A program made the translations under genes and the position numbers. From assembly GCA_964016885.1 (NCBI GenBank), contig OZ024743.1:341620001-341684000 (forward strand): a stretch of DNA of 64,000 nt. Direction: 5' to 3'. Position 1 is the stretch's first letter, and each line of letters opens with the position of its first letter. Origin of the DNA: Eledone cirrhosa (taxonomy: Eukaryota). A model generated the notes under the pieces. That model was not told where the DNA came from. It ran no database searches and worked only from the letters and a program-made list of their open reading frames with translations. Shown here piece after piece: positions 56,620 through 64,000 of this stretch.

Positions 56620-57430
56620 GTACAGAAACTCATAAACGAATCGGTAAATGTAAAAGAAAATCTGTGTCTTTGCTTAGACAGCTCAGTGTTTTGTCTTCTC
56701 TTTTGAACTAGTCCCGATCCATTAAATCAAGAGAGTTGTCAACAGCATGAAAAAAATAGGAAGACATTGCTGCACCATGAACCGTTCGTAGAAAGTTGAA
56801 GCACCTTGGATTTCGAATGTGTACGTTAAACTTACGGAGTCATATAAGAAGAAACGACTTGATTGGGCAAGGGAACACAAATATTGGACAGTAGAAGCCT
56901 ATTAGAGGGTCTGTTTCCCGACTAATCGATGATTCAAATTCTGGATGAAAACTCGTTAGAAGAAAATCTTTTGAAAAAACATACGAACTGCCTAGAACAG
57001 ACAAGGAAATGCCCCACCGAAGTTATAGTGTGATTGGTGATTTCTTACCACGTTACTGGCCACCTCCAGATGGTGGAGGGTAAAATGAACTCAGTTAAGT
57101 ATAAAAACATAATTAATCAGCGTTTTCTATCCCAGTTGCAAGACTGGTATCCACATAATGATTTCATACCTAAAAAAAGATGAAGAGACATTTTGAAAAC
57201 CTGGGATACACGCTTCTCGACTGGCCAGGAAATAGTCCTGATATTGACCGTATAGAGAGTTTATGGGATGATTTAAAGAACGAAATAGCAAAAGATACGT
57301 GTGGAAATGAACAAGAACTAATTCGGTGGGCTTATTGATGGTTTTAACCAAGATTATTAGATGATAGACCTTGTAAGTCGGTATATTGCGAGGATGCCAA
57401 GCCGAATTATAGCAGTGATTGCTGTAAAAG
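56620..57430 (+). mobile_element. Decayed Tc1/mariner transposase
   Basis: TVRRKLKHLGF, KKKRLDWAREHKYWT, FPD*S, VEGKMNSVKYKNII, LLDWPGNSPDIDRIESLW. Confidence 0.85.
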
Positions 57431-57846
57431 AAAGTTTCACGAAATATCAAATAAAAATGAATAAAATATTTAAAATATGGATTATAAAATGTTTTTAAAA
57501 TAAAATTAAATACTAAATAAATACAAAACATTCTTTATTTAAGTTGCTATATCACTTAAACTCTAGCTTAATTCAATGTGAAATTTGGCAGTTCTATGCT
57601 AAAGGAATCATATAACGCTTAATATGATATAAAAGCGAATTCTTAATGTAATTATGTTTTGCAATGAGTCTATAGCTCATAAAAATTCAAATATAACAAT
57701 TTTACTTACGTCAAATGTCTCTAAGTCGTTTATCAGTCAAATAATATGATGGGAACAAGGAATTTGCATTAGTTGCACATTAAATAATAGAGCAGTATAT
57801 AATGCAATAAACAATTATGATGATTTAATCCCGTCTTAAATACCAG

Positions 57847-57899
<53 letters not shown>

Positions 57900-57909
<10 letters not shown>

Positions 57910-58875
57910 ACAGACGCACTGTAGTATATATATATACATACATGCACACATATATACATGTACGTATGGGTCTACCGAACATTCACTATAATATTCGGTT
58001 TGTTTGTAAACAAACAGCCCGAATTACGCCGTACAGTGTTCGGCAACCATCGTCGCCTTTTTCCTCAACACTGACACAGGAACGATGTACTAGATTCAAG
58101 CTTATTAGCTATCATCAGCATCGTATATCTTCCTGTTAGATGATTGAACGTTTGAAAGTATATACTTTCCTTATACATATTAAAGGCTGAGCAGCCTAAT
58201 TTGCATATCGAGTGAGTTAGTCAGCCGGGTGTACCGAAAACGATAAATGGAAAAGAATGAAACGAAATTTCATTTCTTTGTTTACAAACAAACCAAACAT
58301 TATAGTGAATGTTCGGTAGACCCATACGTACATGTATATATGTGTGCATGTATGTATATATATATATATACATACAATTGTGCGGCTGTATACATATATG
58401 TATGTACGTATACATACTTACATTTAAGTATCAGCCGTACTAGGAGTGAGAAATGAAATTTCGTTTCATTTTTTTCCATTTATAGTTTTCGGTACGCCCG
58501 GCCGACTAACTCACTCGATATGCAGATTAGGCTGCTCAGCCGTTAATATGCATAAGGAAAGAATATACTATCAAAGGTTTAATCATCTGACAGGAAGGTA
58601 TACGATGCTGAGGATAGCTAATAAGCTTGAAACTAGTTCATCGTTCCTTTGTCAGTGTTGAACAAAAAGGCTATGATGGTTGCCGAACACTGTACGGCGT
58701 ACTTCGGGCTGTTTGTTTACAAACAAACCGAACATTATAATAAATGTTCGGTAGACCCATACGTACATATATATATATATGTGTGCATGTACATGTATGT
58801 ATATATATACATACTAATGTGCGTCTGTATACATATATGTATGTACGTATACATACTTACATTTAAGTATCAGCC
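57900..58875. repeat. Family B head-to-head insertion
   Basis: Homologous to 22622-23697; arms invert near 58275. Confidence 0.88.
58602..58644 (+). ncRNA. Minimal type I HHR (family B)
   Basis: ACGATG-CTGAGGA-T[AGCT-AATA-AGCT]T-GAAA-CTAG-TT|CATCGT; the mirror copy at 58082-58124 has GAAT for GAAA. Confidence 0.82.
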
Positions 58876-58878
58876 GGA

Positions 58879-58955
<77 letters not shown>

Positions 58956-59094
58956 ATCAAAAGATGGTTAAATGAGTTTCATGTATTTTATTATGCGCAT
59001 TTCAAAAACAAATATGAAAAAATGAAAAAATGAAAAAATCCTGGTCTATTTATTGAATTGGATTTTTAAAAATCCAATTCAATAAATAGAACAG

Positions 59095-59145
59095 GATTTT
59101 TTCATTCTGATGATTGAAAGCAACACTTTTTGCTTTTAAAAAATC
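59095..59145 (+). ncRNA. Putative HHR with stem II reduced to UU
   Basis: GATTTTTTCATT-CTGATGA-TT-GAAA-GCAA-CACTT-TTGC-TT|TTAAAAAATC; stem I is imperfect next to the core. Confidence 0.4.
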
Positions 59146-59351
59146 ACTGGTAAATGGAATAATTGCCTTATGTTGTTTATTACATAACTATTAAGCTCTG
59201 TTACCTACATAGAGCACTCTTTTTTCCTGGACTTTTCCGACGGAATTACTTCACATATATATATATATATATAGGTAACTTGTTCCGGGTTGAATCGGAG
59301 GTAACCACAGTAAGTAATGTACTCAATACATAGCAGATTATAAAAGTTTTA

Positions 59352-59457
59352 ATATAGATGAGATTCTACAGGACTAGAACTGTTTCATTCTTGAGAAATC
59401 ATCAGGATTCCTGATGATTTTTCAAGAATGAAACAGTTCTAGTCCTGTAGAATCTCA

Positions 59458-59465
<8 letters not shown>
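59352..59465. repeat. Palindrome of two HHR-like cores related to family A (also 53660-53703)
   Basis: CCTGATGA-T[TTCT-CA-AGAA]T-GAAACAGTTCTAGTCCTGTA, near-identical on both strands around centre aggattcct. Confidence 0.7.
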
Positions 59466-59538
<73 letters not shown>

Positions 59539-59551
59539 TATGTGTGTGTGC

Positions 59552-59591
<40 letters not shown>

Positions 59592-60829
59592 GTATGTATT
59601 TTTTTCTCACTAGACAGTTCTTTCGTTGCTACAGATCACGCAGCTGAATTAGCGATCGCTATCTTCAATTTGCAAAGCCCTTTAAACTGTATGTTATTAC
59701 TCTGAGGTCTATACCTTGTCAAGTGCTTGGCTGCACTGCTGTAGGCATTCGCTGGCTTAGCTGCTGCTCGAACTTAGAATATAATGTACTTTCATTTATA
59801 TATCTATCTATATATATATATATACATATATAATAATAGTATTTAAGACGGGATTAATTCATCATAATTGTTTATTGCATTATATATATTTCTGTTACAT
59901 GGTTATTCGTGTGATTTCGTCAGATTCTTACTCTCTGATATATATATAGGTAGATTTTGGACGTATATCGGGAGATGAGCGTTCTATTGATGTAGATGTC
60001 ATGTCTATAGTGTAACAAAATATATATTTACATATATATATGTGTGCGTGTGTGTGTGTGTGGTGTGTGTGCGTATGTATGTGTGTGTGTGTTTGAATGT
60101 GTTTGTATAAACACATACACGCAGTCACACACACACATATAAAAGCAAACAGTACACACCAGTCATCATACATATTCGTTGAGTGTTGGCTTATATAAAC
60201 TCCGCAACAAATGGACAAGCGACAAGTTCTTAGGAACGCTAAACGTAGCTTACCAGCAAAATTGCCAAATAAAACACATGGATATATATTTTCTTGTGAT
60301 TGAAAACTCCCTTTCGTAATAAATATGTCTCGTGATATTGATTGTCTTCATTGATTAAGATAATTAATATTGTTTTTATGATTTGAAACTGCAGTAAAAT
60401 AATTTGATGCCATTGTAAATATTTTTACTTTATCATTGTAAACATTTTTGTTTGTAAAATATAGTTTTAAAAAATATAACAAATGTAAAAAAATATTCAA
60501 AACATTAAAATAATAATTGTAGCGTTATGTGCTGGCAACCCCAGAGCCCGATTATATTGTTTGTCACACCATCCCACACAAACAGCAGGAGCTTTGAAAA
60601 AAATTAGTATCTAAATACTTACCATTTGTTGAACTGCCCACATCATTCGGGACGAGCATCATTAAAACAACACTCGCAACATACCAAACGTTGAACGAAT
60701 GATTACACAACAGCTGTCTGAAGGGTCGTACCTAATGCATAATAGATACCACTAAAATATATATAACAGTAACAAAGTGATCAATAAAATGATGTAAGAT
60801 TCAAATACAGTCATCTCTTCATTATATGA

Positions 60830-60941
60830 TCTGTGTTCAAATTCAGCCGAGGTTAACTCTACCTTTCATCCTTATGGGGTCGATAAATTATAGTACCAGT
60901 AATATACTAGCATAACTGCTAGCCTTGTGCCTGTAGAAATC

Positions 60942-60945
<4 letters not shown>
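60830..60945 (+). mobile_element. 5'-truncated SINE
   Basis: gttcaaattcagccgaggttaact..ctttcatccttatggggtcgataaa. Confidence 0.8.
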
Positions 60946-61019
<74 letters not shown>

Positions 61020-61923
61020 TCCTTCGTAAACATATAACTTTTTTGACGTTAGATTTTTTCTTCCTTAAATTTCTCTTATCTCATCTTATTTCATGCTCGT
61101 TTGACTTTCACATAGTACAATACATAAAAACAAACATAAACCCTAACTAATTTCTTTTAATATATTATATTATTACCATTAGAAAATATTTCGTAAACAT
61201 ATATTTTTTTTTATGTTAGATATTTTCTTCTTTGCCATCATTTTTAAACAAGCTATTTACGTACACATATTACGTACACATATTACATTACATAAAAACA
61301 AACTTAAGCCCTAACTAATTCCTCTAAATTCATAACGCATTCATTCTTCTCCTTTTGTTCACATTATTTCCTTAATAACATTAATATTTTTATTTTAATA
61401 ATACATATTAATAATTGCTTTTCCTCGCACATATTATTAAACCCTTCAATATACAAACCTTAATTTAATATTATTCTTAATTCCTTTTTCTCTTCATGCA
61501 TAAACATCATTAACTTTTAATTTCAAATTATCTATTATCTTCCAACGGCTTTTTAATTTCTCTCTGTATGACAATATATATTTTTTCTCAGTAGTAAAAG
61601 CTATCTCTCTCTCTCTATCACCCATCTCTCCTCCTCTCTCATGCTTCCATCTTATACTCCTCCCTCACCATTCTTTACTCTCATCTCCTCCTCTTCCTTA
61701 CCTTTTCCACCCCCTCACTTTTTCCCAATCTCATATATCAATGTTAGATTATTTTTCAGATGTTGATTTAAAACTTCACTATTAATAACTGTTTTTAAGC
61801 TTCATATCATGAATCCCTATTTTATCTGATGAGAACGCAGATATCATCCCATGATGATATTTGTTTTTTAAATCCGCATAATAAGATACTTGGAACTCTT
61901 TTAACCATCATTTGATCTTATAT

Positions 61924-61925
<2 letters not shown>
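61020..61925 (+). mobile_element. Solo 3' UTR/pLTR of the PLE family at 3571-5262 (HHR 61818-61888 has TAAA for GAAA)
   Basis: Colinear similarity to 4450-5185; a short inverted fragment also lies at 58952-59015. Confidence 0.85.
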
Positions 61926-61980
<55 letters not shown>

Positions 61981-61982
<2 letters not shown>

Positions 61983-63497
61983 AAAATTAAGATAAATCAA
62001 ATGAATTTAAGCTAAATCAAAATTATGGGTGTCATGCCAGAAAGACATGCGCCATATCACCCGCAAAATAAGCTCTAAGATTCTAACGAGTAGGTCTGAG
62101 CATTTTATAATAACTAGAGATTGATTAACATATAAATAAACATGAATAATCACAGGAGATAATTTTTACAAGTGTGTAACCACACATAGCTAGGTAGGTA
62201 ACTAAATAAAGTTGACCAGAACTTCAAAAATAGATATCTTATAATATGATTAATCTTCCCTGATTATATTCCATTAGAGAAATATATTTCACCAATTAAT
62301 CAGACGGTAAACCACAGAATTGGATACTTGGATTTTCAACAAGGAAGAGGTTACAGCAATCCGTGTTTACACTTCAAGTTCAAATCAGCGACTGGCCAGC
62401 ACGTGTTGTATTTACTAGAAATACACACATCATACTAGCTTCGTCCCAGTGGCGTGAATAGGGTTATTGACAACTAGAAACAGCAGTCGAGTCCTTTCAA
62501 CAGAGTTAGCTCTACAATTAAGGAGCCGTATTTATATATCTATATCCAAAATTAAGATAAATCAAATGAATTTAAGCTAAATCAAAATTATGGGTGTCAT
62601 GCCAGAAAGACATGCGCCATATCACCCGCAAATTAAGCTCTAAGATTCTAACGAGTAGGTCCGAGCATTTTATAATAACTAGAGATTGATTAACATATAA
62701 ATAAACATGAATAATCACAGGAGATAATTTTTACGAGTGTGTAACCACACATAGCTAGGTAGGTAACTAAATAAAGGTGACCAGAACTTCAAAAATAGAT
62801 ATCTTATAATATGATTAATCTTCCCTGATTATATTCCATTAAAGAAATATATTTCACCAATTAATCAGATGGTAAACCACAGAAGTGGATACTTGGATTT
62901 TCAACAAGGAAGAGGTTCCAGCAATCCGTGTTTACACTTCAAGTTCAAATAAGCGACTGGCCAGCACGTGTTGTATTTACTAGAAATACACACATCATAC
63001 TAGCTTCGTCCCAGTGGCGTGAATAGGGTTATCGACAACTAGAAACAGCAGTCAAGTCCTTTCAACAGAGTTAGCTCTACAATTAAGGAGCCGTATTTAT
63101 ATATCTATATCCAAAATTAAGATAAATCAAATGAATTTAAGCTAAATCAAAATTATGGGTGTCATGCCAGAAAGACATGCGCCATATCACCCGCAAATTA
63201 AGCTCTAAGATTCTAACGAGTAGGTCCGAACATTTTATAATAACTAGAGATTGATTAACATATAAATAAACATGAATAATCACAGGAGATAATTTTTACT
63301 AGTGTGTAACCACACATAGCTAGGTAGGTAACTAAATAAAGGTGACCAGAACTTCAAAAATAGATACCTTATAATATGATTAATCTTCCCTGTATATATT
63401 CCATTAAAGAAATATATTTCGCCAATTAATCAGATGTTAAACCACAGAAGTGGATACTTGGATTTACAACAAGGAAGAAGTTCCAGCAATCCGTGTA
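61981..63497 (+). repeat. Family D tandem array, about 2.7 units of 565 bp
   Basis: ccaaaattaagataaatc at 61981, 62546 and 63111. Confidence 0.92.
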
Positions 63498-64000
63498 TTC
63501 ATGTTTATTTATATGTTAATCAGTCTCTAGTTATTATATATATATATATAGGAGTGGTTACACAAAAGTTAGTTCACCATACCGAGAAAAATTGTTTCAC
63601 CCCAGCGGATCCTCAGCTCGTAATGGACATGGTTATACGGAACATGAACGCGCATGCCCAGAAACGCTCACTTCGCTCAGGCATTACGAAATTGCGTGCG
63701 AGAGGTGTAAGGGAGATAACTGCGAAAGTCAGAAAATTTCTAGTTGATAAAAAAATTAGGATGTTGTTGTAATTCAATCCGGAGCTTTGTAGTTATGGAA
63801 GAGGTGTTTGAAGACGTGTAGACAACGTGTGAAGAATTCATTACTTGAGTTTAGGCAATCGCTATTGCGTAATTTCTTTAGAATATTTATTCGTTCATCA
63901 ATACAGTCCACACGACGGATTTCCCCTTGCGTATGGCTTGGACTTAGTGATGGCTTGCCATTGAATGGAGTAGTCTATACTTAAGACCTTGAGCGACCAT

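Noticed and set aside
63550-64000. Possible start of a decayed DNA transposon
   Set aside because: No diagnostic motif before the window ends

Overview
Repeat-dense, AT-rich eukaryotic DNA with no confidently identifiable host gene. It is probably from an octopod cephalopod, inferred from the CORE-type tRNA SINE and the density of (TA)n. The window holds decayed or nested transposons: two Helitron RepHel pieces, several Penelope-like elements (PLEs; RT and/or GIY-YIG), R4/Dong-like REL LINEs in (TAA)n, L1/Tx1 remnants, a near full-length CR1/L2-group LINE, SINEs and a Tc1 remnant. The main signal is a set of small non-coding elements carrying type I hammerhead ribozymes (HHRs), inserted in (TA)n tracts and mostly as head-to-head inverted repeats. 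The largest is a 7.8-kb array of 25 almost identical 310-bp units (4 on the minus strand, 21 on the plus strand). Each unit has an intact minimal HHR and many hairpins, as expected for a retrozyme-like circular-RNA element. About ten distinct HHR families are visible. Several have their own palindromic stem III, many have a U.U pair closing stem II, and stem II ranges from 2 nt to about 80 nt. All HHR calls are manual base-pairing from the sequence; no folding or search was run. Element boundaries are approximate unless stated.
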